Source: Clostridia bacterium (GTDB lineage: Bacteria > Bacillota > Clostridia > Oscillospirales > CAG-272). From it: 64,000 bases of DNA. The notes beneath the pieces are model-generated. The model ran no database searches and had not been told where the DNA came from. It saw nothing but the letters and a program-made list of their open reading frames with translations. Within the stretch, counting starts at the first letter, position 1. Each line of letters opens with the position of its first letter. Positions 8,010 through 17,008 of the stretch are shown here, in pieces. The position numbers were made by a program, and so were the translations under genes. The DNA lies in the NCBI GenBank assembly GCA_017461365.1, contig JAFTYG010000056.1:7089-71088 (forward strand), given 5' to 3'.

Positions 8010-9308
8010 TTACCACACGGTCGGCACTCCGTCAACGTAGTGCCAATATTTGTATGTGGTATCCGTGGGCTGTGCTTCGCTGTAATAATAGTGGGTGGCA
8101 TTCATTAAATTATAGTTATTACTATCAATTGAAATTTTCTTCAAATCGTCAGCACATCCACCATAATAAACGCCTGTCAAGCTACTGCAATTATCTAACA
8201 CACCATAGCCAATGCTCGTGACGCTGTCTGGTATAGTTATGCTCGTCAAGCTACTGCAATTGCAGAACGCCTCACTTCCAATACTCGTTACACTGTCGGG
8301 AATGGTTATGCTCGTCAAGCTACTGCATTTGTAGAACGCACCGTAGCCAATGCTCGTAACGCTGTCTGGTATAGTTATGCTCGTCAAGCTACTGCAACCG
8401 TAGAACGTACAAGTACCAATGCTCGTGACACTGTCTGGTATAGTTATGCTCGTCAAGCTACTGCAACGTATGAACGCATAAGTGCCAATGCTCGTTACAC
8501 TGTCGGGGATGAGTATATTTGTCAAGCTGCTGCAATCAGCGAACGCATTAAAGCCAATACTTGTTACGCTGTCGGGTATGGTTACACTTGTCAAGCTGCT
8601 GCAATCGGCGAACGCAAAATCGCTAATAATCGTAACACCGTCTTCTATAGTCACGCTCGTCAAGCTTGTGCAATCTCTAAACACCGCCTCGCCAAAGCTT
8701 GTAACGCTATCGGGGATAGTCACGCTCGTTAAGCTACCACATTTTTTGAACGCATAATCGCTAATGCATGTAACGCTGTCGGGGATAGTCACGCTCGTCA
8801 AGCTGTCACAATCGTAGAATGCAGCCTTGCCAATACTCGTAACACTGTCGGGGATAGTTACGCTCGTCAAGCCTGTGCAATCGTAAAACGCATGAGATCC
8901 AATGCTCGTTACGCTGTTAGGTATTGTTACGGATTTTAAATTACTGTATTTTTCAAATCCATTATCAAGTATCTGAGTAACCGCCTTGCCGCAGTATGTC
9001 TCGGGAATGACGATACTTTCAAGATATTTTGCCCTACCTGCGGTTACTCCGTATGTTCCGTCGGGCAGGGGATAATATTCCAACCAGTTGTCTACATTCT
9101 GTTCACCATTTGCACAAACGCCTGTGTCCTTGTCGCCTATCCACCAATTTCCGTTTTCTCCGATGTAGGGTGTCTCGCCGTCCTTGCCCGCTTCACCCTG
9201 TATTCCTTGCTCTCCTTTTTCTCCCTGCACACAAGCTGATAATGTCGATATACAGATTAGAACGACAAGCAAAAGACTTGCGTATTTGATAAATTTCATA
9301 GACTTCAT
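8010..9308 (-). CDS. Surface lipoprotein with short collagen-like G-X-Y tract and BspA/TpLRR-type leucine-rich repeats
   Basis: Lipobox STLSAC, then GEKGEQGIQGEAGKDGE, then ~11 tandem 23-aa units SLTS(V/I)TIPDSVTSIGxxAFxxC. 432 aa. Confidence 0.85.
   Translation of the reverse strand: MKSMKFIKYASLLLVVLICISTLSACVQGEKGEQGIQGEAGKDGETPYIGENGNWWIGDKDTGVCANGEQNVDNWLEYYPLPDGTYGVTAGRAKYLESIVIPETYCGKAVTQILDNGFEKYSNLKSVTIPNSVTSIGSHAFYDCTGLTSVTIPDSVTSIGKAAFYDCDSLTSVTIPDSVTCISDYAFKKCGSLTSVTIPDSVTSFGEAVFRDCTSLTSVTIEDGVTIISDFAFADCSSLTSVTIPDSVTSIGFNAFADCSSLTNILIPDSVTSIGTYAFIRCSSLTSITIPDSVTSIGTCTFYGCSSLTSITIPDSVTSIGYGAFYKCSSLTSITIPDSVTSIGSEAFCNCSSLTSITIPDSVTSIGYGVLDNCSSLTGVYYGGCADDLKKISIDSNNYNLMNATHYYYSEAQPTDTTYKYWHYVDGVPTVW
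8195..8957 (-). repeat. Tandem 69-bp coding repeats (LRR units) inside the lipoprotein gene
   Basis: Recurrent GCTCGTCAAGCT(A/G)CTGCAA...ACGCTGTC(T/G)GG(T/G)AT periodicity every 69 nt. Confidence 0.8.
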
Positions 9309-9446
9309 AACTTTACCCCCAACGGTGATCTTATGTATATTCTATCATAATAAAGGGATTTTGTAAATAATAAAATCCAAAAAGCTATGAAATTGAGGAT
9401 GGAAAATTATTTGCAGAGTGTAATTCTATATATTATTTCATAAAAC

Positions 9447-9483
9447 AACCGCCCTTACTTCGCAGCAAGGGCGGTTATTTCTT
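9447..9483. terminator. Hairpin terminator, same palindrome family as 7273-7312
   Basis: AACCGCCCTT (9447-9456) pairs with AAGGGCGGTT (9468-9477), followed by ATTTCTTTTT. Lies downstream of the minus-strand acyl-CoA ligase. Confidence 0.7.
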
Positions 9484-9534
9484 TTTGCTATTTCTTGTGG
9501 TTGTTAATAATGTAACAGTCGTGTTTTTTTATAC

Positions 9535-11238
9535 TTATTTCACCTTTTCCGCGTAATACTTCATAACAAGGTCAGGCACCTCAAAGCGCTTGATCTTTCT
9601 TGACGACGTTTTGGGAAATTCCTCGTCGGGGAAAACGGTAACGTCTATTTTCTTGTAGCTCTGTACCGTTCTGTTGACCTCTGCCACCGTCTCGCCGATC
9701 TTCTTTTCAACAAGCTTTTTGCTGTACTCCGCGCCGAGAAGCTCACGCGCCGCGTCCGCGTCGGGCTTTATTGCCGCTACGATGTCGTAGTCGTTCTTTT
9801 TCTCGTTTCGGATACCGAGCACGATCACCTCGGATACAAGAGGATCTCTGCTGATGTACGCCTCGAGCTCCTCGGGGAACACGTTCTTGCCGTTATAGCG
9901 AACAATGACGTTCTTGCGCCGTCCCGTGATGATAAGAAATCCGCGCTCGTCGATATATCCCACGTCTCCCGTGTGAAGCCAACCGTTCTTTTTGACCTCT
10001 GCCGTGAGATCGGGGCTGCGGTAGTAGCCGAGCATTACGTTGTCGCCGCGATAGCAGATCTCACCCGTTCCGTCCTCGCCTACGTTTATTATCTTCAATT
10101 GCCCCTCGGGAAGCACGAGCCCCGCCGAATTGTCCTTGAAGTATTTGTCGTGGTTGACCGCCGCCAAGGGAGCAGACTCGGTAAGTCCGTAGCCCTGTAT
10201 CACCTTGAAGCCGAAATCTCTCATTCCCGCGATCACCTCGGGATCAATGCCCGCGCCACCCGATACGAGAAGATCGAGCTTTCCGCCGAAGGATGCGTGT
10301 ATCTCAGAAAACGCGCGCTTTTTAGCGGCTCTGCGCAAATGCTCGGAGGGCAGAGCGTTCGTCGCCTTTATGACGGTCTTTACCTTGTCCTCGATACCCT
10401 TTTTACGGATATTTGCCCATATCTTCTTGTACATCGTTTCGATAAGCAGAGGAACGCATATGATCTTCGTGGGAGAGACCTCCTTTGCGTTCTTCATAAT
10501 GTGGCGCACACCCTCGGAAAACGCTACGGTCGCGCCGCAGTAGACGGGATAGAGAAAGCCGCAGGTGCATTCGTAAACGTGGTGAACGGGAAGTACCGAC
10601 AGAGCCGTATCGTCGGGCGTGACCTTTACCATCTTTGCAAGATTGTAAAGATTTGTACAGATGTTACGCTGAGAGAGCATAACGCCCTTGGAAACTCCCG
10701 TCGTGCCCGACGTGAAGATAAGAGAGCACATAGCGTCTATATCTATCGATGCGTCGGAATACCTTGAGCTTCCCGCCGAGAGCAGATCACTGCCTATCTT
10801 TATAAGCTCGGGGATAAGATCAAAGCATATCTTCGTGACCTCCTCGGGAACGTCCGCGAGCTTTTCTTCGTATTTCTTTGAGTAAAGAATGAGCGACGCC
10901 TCGGAGAGCTTGGCGATATTGGCAAGCTCCTCTGCGGGGATGTCCTTGTCAACGGGAACGACAACGCCGAGTCCGCAGACCGTTGCCATGTAAGAAACGC
11001 ACCACATATAGCTGTTCTCGCCCGTAACTATGACGCGCTTTCCGAGAAATCCGCGCGCGACGAGCGCCTCACCGAACGAGTAAACATCGTTGCGGAATCG
11101 AGCGAAGGTGTAGGCTCTGTATTTTCCGCCCATTTTTTGCATAAAAGCCGTGTTTGTAGGATAGAGAGATGCGCTCTCGTCAAGCATTTCTCTCAGGTCG
11201 TGTATCTTTCTTGATTGGTATAGCTTGTACTCAGCCAC
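9535..11238 (-). CDS. AMP-dependent synthetase/ligase (long-chain-fatty-acid--CoA ligase-like)
   Basis: 567 aa. AMP-binding motif IFTSGTTGVSKGVMLSQRN, GYGLTE and TGDVGYIDERGFL. Confidence 0.85.
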   Translation of the reverse strand: MAEYKLYQSRKIHDLREMLDESASLYPTNTAFMQKMGGKYRAYTFARFRNDVYSFGEALVARGFLGKRVIVTGENSYMWCVSYMATVCGLGVVVPVDKDIPAEELANIAKLSEASLILYSKKYEEKLADVPEEVTKICFDLIPELIKIGSDLLSAGSSRYSDASIDIDAMCSLIFTSGTTGVSKGVMLSQRNICTNLYNLAKMVKVTPDDTALSVLPVHHVYECTCGFLYPVYCGATVAFSEGVRHIMKNAKEVSPTKIICVPLLIETMYKKIWANIRKKGIEDKVKTVIKATNALPSEHLRRAAKKRAFSEIHASFGGKLDLLVSGGAGIDPEVIAGMRDFGFKVIQGYGLTESAPLAAVNHDKYFKDNSAGLVLPEGQLKIINVGEDGTGEICYRGDNVMLGYYRSPDLTAEVKKNGWLHTGDVGYIDERGFLIITGRRKNVIVRYNGKNVFPEELEAYISRDPLVSEVIVLGIRNEKKNDYDIVAAIKPDADAARELLGAEYSKKLVEKKIGETVAEVNRTVQSYKKIDVTVFPDEEFPKTSSRKIKRFEVPDLVMKYYAEKVK

Positions 11239-11393
11239 GCTGATTTACCTCCGTTTAAGGTGAATTTTTTTGGGGTTGTTGAGTTCTCAACATCTATGTG
11301 CTAAACATTATAACAGAACAGTGTGAAGATTTGTTTTATATTATGTGAACGATTTCATAATTTTTATGAGATGTAATTTTTTCAAAAGTATCG

Positions 11394-11474
11394 CTTACTT
11401 TTCTTTTGAAAAAGAAAAGTAAGCAAAAGAAAACATTGCATTGGGTTTATACGACAAACTTCAATTTGAAACTC
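11394..11474 (+). repeat. Intergenic repeat: palindrome-containing unit shared with 36772-36832 (opposite strand), plus a MITE-terminus-like motif
   Basis: CTTACTTTTCTTTTGAAAAAGAAAAGTAAGCAAAAGAAAACATTGCATTGGG followed by CGACAAACTTCAATTTGAAACTC. Confidence 0.6.
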
Positions 11475-11491
11475 TTCTATAAACACAGCAA

Positions 11492-11521
11492 GGGCTGAGT
11501 TACCAAAATGTAACTCAGCCC
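11492..11521 (-). terminator. intrinsic terminator downstream of 746-aa lipoprotein gene
   Basis: GGGCTGAGTTAC...GTAACTCAGCCC hairpin. Confidence 0.6.
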
Positions 11522-11550
11522 ATAGTTTTAAATATTTTCAGACCGTAGCG

Positions 11551-13791
11551 TCAATTCGCAGAAAGTGTGCAATACATATACGCCTCAACCAAGCCCTCCG
11601 ATGTGTTGACAAGGTATTTGAGCCTATACGTTCCTGCTCCGTAGGTTCCTGTTTCAGAGAGGTTATTGCCCGTTCCTGTCTGTACCACAGCGTCGCTCTT
11701 AGGATAGCCCTTTGCGAGAATACCGCGGATAAGAATGGTCTTTATTTCGTCATAGGTGTAGCTGCTCTTTACGTAGTCAGCCTCTACCGTGTCCGAAAGC
11801 TTTACGTCATAGTCGATAAAGAGGTTTTCTCCCGATTTTTTCACGGTTACGTCCATAACTGCGGAGTCAAGCTTGCCCTCCTCTGCAGAGAAGAACGCCA
11901 GAGGGAACATCTCGGTTACACGAATACCCTCATCAGCCGTTGCAAAGTAGACCACAACTATATATTCACCCTCGGAAAGCGCGGTGGGAACAACATATTC
12001 AGCTGTCTGTGACAGTTCGAGAGTGCCACCCGTGTAGGTTACGGAGGTTTCGTTCTCACTTGCCAGAGATACCGTATTTACACTGCTTATATTGCCGTCG
12101 CTGTCACGAAGCGCAAGTCCGACCTTGAGAGTGTACTTTTTACCCTCCTCAAGCAGATCAGTAGCGTTTGTTTTCGCTTTGAGTCCCGCAACGTTTATAC
12201 TGCCGTCTGCGTACTTAGCGTTACCGCTTGAAATAAGCTCCATTTTTCCGAAGGTTACCGATTTTGCTACGTCGTAAAATCCGCTGATCGACTCATTATC
12301 CTTCACGTCCAAGTACAGCGAATAGTATTTGTCAAAATCGGCATTAAGAATACTCTCTGCCGCCCGAATATTGCTTACAGAGCTCATGCGGTAGCCGTTC
12401 CACGACATAACGTCGAAGTTGTCATGAAGGAGCTTGCTGTGTGCGTAAGCCTCGGCAACATCGGATGCGTCTGCTTTGAGCTTAACGCCATTGCTTGACA
12501 GATAGTCCGAAAGCAGACTGTAAGCCTCGGTCGCGTCGTCGGATTTTACCGTAAAGTTAAGGCGTCCGATGTAGGTCTCTTCTCCGAAGAAAGCATTATA
12601 GTTTATTCTCGCGCCCGTATATTTTACCTTATCGTTACCGTTGCCTGCCGATATATACTGTCTGTTCGACAGTTGGATAGCTACGTTTCTCGTATTTTCC
12701 TCACCGTTTCCGTGAAGATATACAGTACCTGCATCACCGTAATCCTCTGTGGTAAAGGAATTTCCGTCCACAAACAGGTTCTTTATTCCGCTTTCCACGT
12801 TGGACATAAATATGGAAATTTCGTATTCTTCACCATTGTGCCTGATCTCGGCAATGTCGCGCTCCTCATAGGGGCTGAACATACTGACGAAAAGACCGTC
12901 GCTCGAGGATGTAAGAACACCGTTTGTGTTGGTGGCGCTTACATATGCTCCGTAGCCAATGTTCCCCTTTACTGCGGCAAGATCAAAGCCTACGCCCGCT
13001 TCATCATGTATGCTGAAACGGTTCATTATCCATTCGCCGCTGCTCTTGTCGGCAATAAAGTAATCATGAGTGCCGTCCGGATATTGGAAGCAATATTCGT
13101 AATACTCGCCGGGGATGCACTTGTTGCGTATCTTGGATGTAGAGCCGCCCTCGGGTAAAAACGAATACATTTCATATACGCATTTTGCGTCGTCGGTGGT
13201 GTATCGTGTGGAAACGTGTACAGAGTCATAGGGCTCATAGTATTCTATTATGGTCTCTGAATTTTCATCGACTATGAGCATATGCTTTGTATCCATAGAG
13301 CTGATCCATTTGTCGGTAATGCCCACGTCTTCCTTTATCTCGGCTATCAGCTCTGCCGTTTCTGCCGCCATATCGTCTATCGGCTGTATGAACTGAGCGT
13401 AGTTTGCCTTTAGGTCAGAGGCGTCGCCAAATTCGCTCCAATAGACGCTGTTGCCTGCAACCTCCGCGCCGGGGGCTATTTTTGCGAGTACGGGAGCTAT
13501 GGGTTTGAGATTGCCCAAAACAGACGAAGAGCCTATTTTTGCCCAAGAGAATAAATTGCTGAAAAATCCGCCGTCGTCCTCGTCGTCGGATGCCATAGAG
13601 ATTATATCAACAGGCTGACCTATAGTATCCTCATCAAGCCGCTCTCGCGCAAGAAGTATCTTGGCGGCTTCTGTGCCGACTACTTTCTTTGTAAAAAGTC
13701 CGCAACCTGAAAATACTGTCACTACCGTGCCGAGCATCGCAAGCATAAGGACCATCGAAATTACTCTTTTTACTAACCTTTTGTTTTTCAT
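11551..13791 (-). CDS. Large lipoprotein of unknown function
   Basis: 746 aa. Signal peptide with lipobox FSGCG. No recognisable catalytic motif. Confidence 0.7.
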   Translation of the reverse strand: MKNKRLVKRVISMVLMLAMLGTVVTVFSGCGLFTKKVVGTEAAKILLARERLDEDTIGQPVDIISMASDDEDDGGFFSNLFSWAKIGSSSVLGNLKPIAPVLAKIAPGAEVAGNSVYWSEFGDASDLKANYAQFIQPIDDMAAETAELIAEIKEDVGITDKWISSMDTKHMLIVDENSETIIEYYEPYDSVHVSTRYTTDDAKCVYEMYSFLPEGGSTSKIRNKCIPGEYYEYCFQYPDGTHDYFIADKSSGEWIMNRFSIHDEAGVGFDLAAVKGNIGYGAYVSATNTNGVLTSSSDGLFVSMFSPYEERDIAEIRHNGEEYEISIFMSNVESGIKNLFVDGNSFTTEDYGDAGTVYLHGNGEENTRNVAIQLSNRQYISAGNGNDKVKYTGARINYNAFFGEETYIGRLNFTVKSDDATEAYSLLSDYLSSNGVKLKADASDVAEAYAHSKLLHDNFDVMSWNGYRMSSVSNIRAAESILNADFDKYYSLYLDVKDNESISGFYDVAKSVTFGKMELISSGNAKYADGSINVAGLKAKTNATDLLEEGKKYTLKVGLALRDSDGNISSVNTVSLASENETSVTYTGGTLELSQTAEYVVPTALSEGEYIVVVYFATADEGIRVTEMFPLAFFSAEEGKLDSAVMDVTVKKSGENLFIDYDVKLSDTVEADYVKSSYTYDEIKTILIRGILAKGYPKSDAVVQTGTGNNLSETGTYGAGTYRLKYLVNTSEGLVEAYMYCTLSAN

Positions 13792-13979
13792 ATTTCGGTG
13801 CCTCCAATATGTTTGTTTTTTGTAGATCTGAATTTCTATCTGATTACAGTATAATGGAAAAATTTTTTCTTGTCAATATTTTTTAAAAAAATAATTTTGT
13901 GAATTTTTTTCTTTATTCAGGTATTTTATCTGCCGATTTCTACGCATACTATGAAAAACCAATAAAGGAGATATTTACG

Positions 13980-16142
13980 GTGAAGAAAGATGAAAAAACG
14001 CTTATGTCACCAATAAGCGGAAAGCTGATGTCACTTGACGGCGTACCCGATAAGGTGTTTTCCGAAAAGCTTCTCGGAGACGGATGCGCAATTCTTCCCG
14101 ACGACGGAAGGATATACAGCCCCGTTGACGGAAAGATAAGCTCCATTGCCGACGGAAAGCACGCCTACGGCATCGAGGCGGACGACGGCAGGGAATTGCT
14201 CATACATTTCGGGCTTGAAACGGTAAGGCTCGGTGGGAGGGGCTTTGACGTGCGCGTAAAGGTGGGCGACAAAATAACGGCGGGAGACCTTATAGCCGTG
14301 GCGGATATTGAGCTTATCCGAAAAGAGGGGTTGTCGACGATCACTCCCGTGCTTATCTGCAATCTTCCCGAGGACGCGAAAATAAAGCTAACTCGCGACA
14401 GCGTAAGGGCTTGCGAGGACACGCTGTTTGAGGTCGAACGGCAGGAAAGTAAGGAAAAGGCAGCCGCGTCTGCCGAGAAGCCGCCTAAGAAAGGAGGCAA
14501 GCTCAGAGAAAAGAGCTTTGACTTTTTACAGAGACTCGGTAAGGTGCTGATGGTCGTTATCGCCGTTATGCCCGCCGCAGGACTTATGATAAGCCTCGGA
14601 AAGCTTGTCGGAATGATCGGAGACGTCGCGTTTGTCGATACCGTCGCTTCGATAATGGAAAGCATAGGTTGGGCGATAATCGGAAATCTTAATCTGCTTT
14701 TCGCCATAGCCATAGGCGGCTCTTGGGCAAAGGAGCGAGCAGGGGGAGCGTTCTCGGCGGCGATAGCCTTCATTCTTATAAACAGGATAACGGGCGCTAT
14801 CTTCGGAGTGACGAACGAGATGCTTGCCGATGCCGACGCGGTGACGCATACGCTTTTCGGTCAAGAGATAGCCGTCGACGGGTATTTTACCTCTATCCTC
14901 GGCTCGCCTGCGCTCAATATGGGCGTGTTCGTCGGTATTATCGCAGGCTTCCTCGGAGGCATACTTTATAATAAATACTACAATTTCCGTAAGCTGCCCG
15001 ACGCGCTCTCCTTCTTCAACGGCAAGCGCTTCGTGCCCCTTGTTGTAATTCTGTGGTCGGTCATCGTATCCCTTGTGCTCGCCGTAGTCTGGCCCGTGGT
15101 TCAGGGCGGTATCAACAGCTTCGGTGTCTGGATCGCAAATTCGGCGGATACCTCTCCCGTCCTCGCGCCGTTCATTTACGGAACGCTTGAGAGATTGCTG
15201 CTACCCTTCGGACTCCACCATATGCTGACTATACCGATGAATTACACCTCCTTCGGCGGAACGTATATCATACAGACGGGCGCGAATGCGGGAACTGCCG
15301 TGTTCGGCCAGGATCCTCTGTGGCTTGCGTGGATAACCGACCTTATAAATCTTAAAAATGCGGGAAATACCGAAGCGTACGAGGCGCTTCTTGCCTCTGT
15401 CGTGCCCGCGCGCTTCAAGGTGGGACAGATGATAGGCGCTACGGGACTTTTGCTCGGTGTGGCGCTTGCCATGTACCGACGCGTTGATAAGGACAAGCGT
15501 AAGAGATACCGCTCCTTTTACCTCTCTGCGGCGCTTGCGGTATTTCTGACGGGTGTTACCGAGCCGCTCGAATTTATGTTTATGTTCTGCGCGATACCTC
15601 TGTATATAGTTTATGCCGTACTTCAGGGATGCGCCTTTGCCCTCGCGGGGCTTGTCGATCTCCGTTTGCACTCGTTCGGAAACGTAGAGCTTGCTACGCG
15701 TATCCCGATGTCGATAAGCGCGGGGCTCGGCGGAGATATACTCAACTTTGTCATAGCCTGCATCGGATTTTTCGCTATCGGTTATTTCGTGTCTTATTTT
15801 ATGATCGGAAAGCTGAAATATGCCACCCCCGGGCGTCTCGGCAACTATATGGACGAGGGAATTGATGCGCCCGTGGGCGGAGAGCCTCGGAAGGTCGCGG
15901 ACGGCAGCGGCGGTCAGGCGGAGAGGATAATCGCGCTCCTCGGAGGAAGAGAAAATATAGTTCTCGTCGACTCCTGCATGACGCGTCTGCGCATAACGGT
16001 AAAGGACGCCGACAAGGTAGCCGATGTCGACGCGTGGAAAGCCGAGGGCGCGCTCGGACTTCTGAAAAAGGGAGACGGAATTCAGGCTGTTTACGGGCCA
16101 AAGGCTGACGTGCTGAAATCCGATATAAACGATATACTATGA
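13980..16142 (+). CDS. PTS glucose/maltose-family transporter, fused EIIA-EIIC-EIIB (domain order A-C-B)
   Basis: N-terminal EIIA-Glc motifs (DKVFSEKLLGDG, HAYGIEADDGRELLIHFGLETV), a central multi-pass EIIC, and a C-terminal EIIB with DSCMTRLR. I place the start at GTG 13980, 9 nt after AAAGGAG. ATG 14004 is the alternative. Confidence 0.85.
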   Translation: MKKDEKTLMSPISGKLMSLDGVPDKVFSEKLLGDGCAILPDDGRIYSPVDGKISSIADGKHAYGIEADDGRELLIHFGLETVRLGGRGFDVRVKVGDKITAGDLIAVADIELIRKEGLSTITPVLICNLPEDAKIKLTRDSVRACEDTLFEVERQESKEKAAASAEKPPKKGGKLREKSFDFLQRLGKVLMVVIAVMPAAGLMISLGKLVGMIGDVAFVDTVASIMESIGWAIIGNLNLLFAIAIGGSWAKERAGGAFSAAIAFILINRITGAIFGVTNEMLADADAVTHTLFGQEIAVDGYFTSILGSPALNMGVFVGIIAGFLGGILYNKYYNFRKLPDALSFFNGKRFVPLVVILWSVIVSLVLAVVWPVVQGGINSFGVWIANSADTSPVLAPFIYGTLERLLLPFGLHHMLTIPMNYTSFGGTYIIQTGANAGTAVFGQDPLWLAWITDLINLKNAGNTEAYEALLASVVPARFKVGQMIGATGLLLGVALAMYRRVDKDKRKRYRSFYLSAALAVFLTGVTEPLEFMFMFCAIPLYIVYAVLQGCAFALAGLVDLRLHSFGNVELATRIPMSISAGLGGDILNFVIACIGFFAIGYFVSYFMIGKLKYATPGRLGNYMDEGIDAPVGGEPRKVADGSGGQAERIIALLGGRENIVLVDSCMTRLRITVKDADKVADVDAWKAEGALGLLKKGDGIQAVYGPKADVLKSDINDIL

Positions 16143-17008
16143 ATTTAAAGATAATGACGCTCAACACTCACAGCCTTCACGGAGAAGAAGCATCGGAAAA
16201 TATCGACAGACTTTGTGAATTTCTCGGTAATGAGCTGCCCGACGTGATCGCCTTGCAGGAGGTAAATCAAACCGAGAGCGAGGAGGCAGCCGACACCGAC
16301 CATACGGACGGCTTTTACAGAATAGCGACCTGTGAGAGCCCCGTACCCCTCAAACGCGATAATTTTGTCTTGGAGCTATGGTGGAGACTTTCGCAGAGAG
16401 GGATAGTCTATCACTTTTGCTGGCTACCCGTAAAGCGCGGATACGGATGCTTCGACGAGGGGCTTGCCTTTCTGTCTCGCGAGCCGATAGAGAGCGCCTG
16501 CGGCTTCTATATAAGCCGAGGCAAGGACTATAACGATTGGAAAACACGTATGGCGCTTCTTATGAAGCAAAAGGGAAGCCCATATACCTTTTGCGATCTC
16601 CACACGTCACGTTACGATGACCGTGACGATCCCTTTTACGAGCAGTGGAAGAGATTTATAAAAAGAATTCCCGAAAGGGAGAATACCGTACTTCTGGGAG
16701 ATTTCAACTGTCCTGCGGAGATACGCGGAGAGGGCTACGACAGAATATGCGAGAGCGGATATTTTGATATGTACAGACTCTCGGACGAGCGCGAGGGCGG
16801 CAAGGAGACGGTGTACGGCGGTATCGACGGGTGGTACGACGGAGCGCTCGGGGACGGCGGACGGATAGACTATATCTTTACTGGCTTTTACCCAAAAGCA
16901 AAAAGGATAAGCTACCGCCGCGTCCTTGACGGAGAGCGGGGCGAGAGAGTTTCCGACCATTTCGGCGTCGTGGTAAATTTTGAAGGATTGGAGCAAGAAG
17001 CGAAATGA
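16139..17008 (+). CDS. Endonuclease/exonuclease/phosphatase-family protein, MapP-like candidate sugar-phosphate (maltose-6'-P) phosphatase
   Basis: 289 aa, cytosolic. EEP motifs (LQEV, GDFN, IDYIF, SDHFGV). ATGA overlaps with both the PTS gene and malQ. Confidence 0.6.
   Translation: MNLKIMTLNTHSLHGEEASENIDRLCEFLGNELPDVIALQEVNQTESEEAADTDHTDGFYRIATCESPVPLKRDNFVLELWWRLSQRGIVYHFCWLPVKRGYGCFDEGLAFLSREPIESACGFYISRGKDYNDWKTRMALLMKQKGSPYTFCDLHTSRYDDRDDPFYEQWKRFIKRIPERENTVLLGDFNCPAEIRGEGYDRICESGYFDMYRLSDEREGGKETVYGGIDGWYDGALGDGGRIDYIFTGFYPKAKRISYRRVLDGERGERVSDHFGVVVNFEGLEQEAK

Noticed and set aside
8195-8957. Regular ~69-bp periodic repeats that could be mistaken for a CRISPR-like array.
   Set aside because: The repeats are contiguous with no unique spacers, lie inside a long ORF and translate to canonical 23-aa LRR units.
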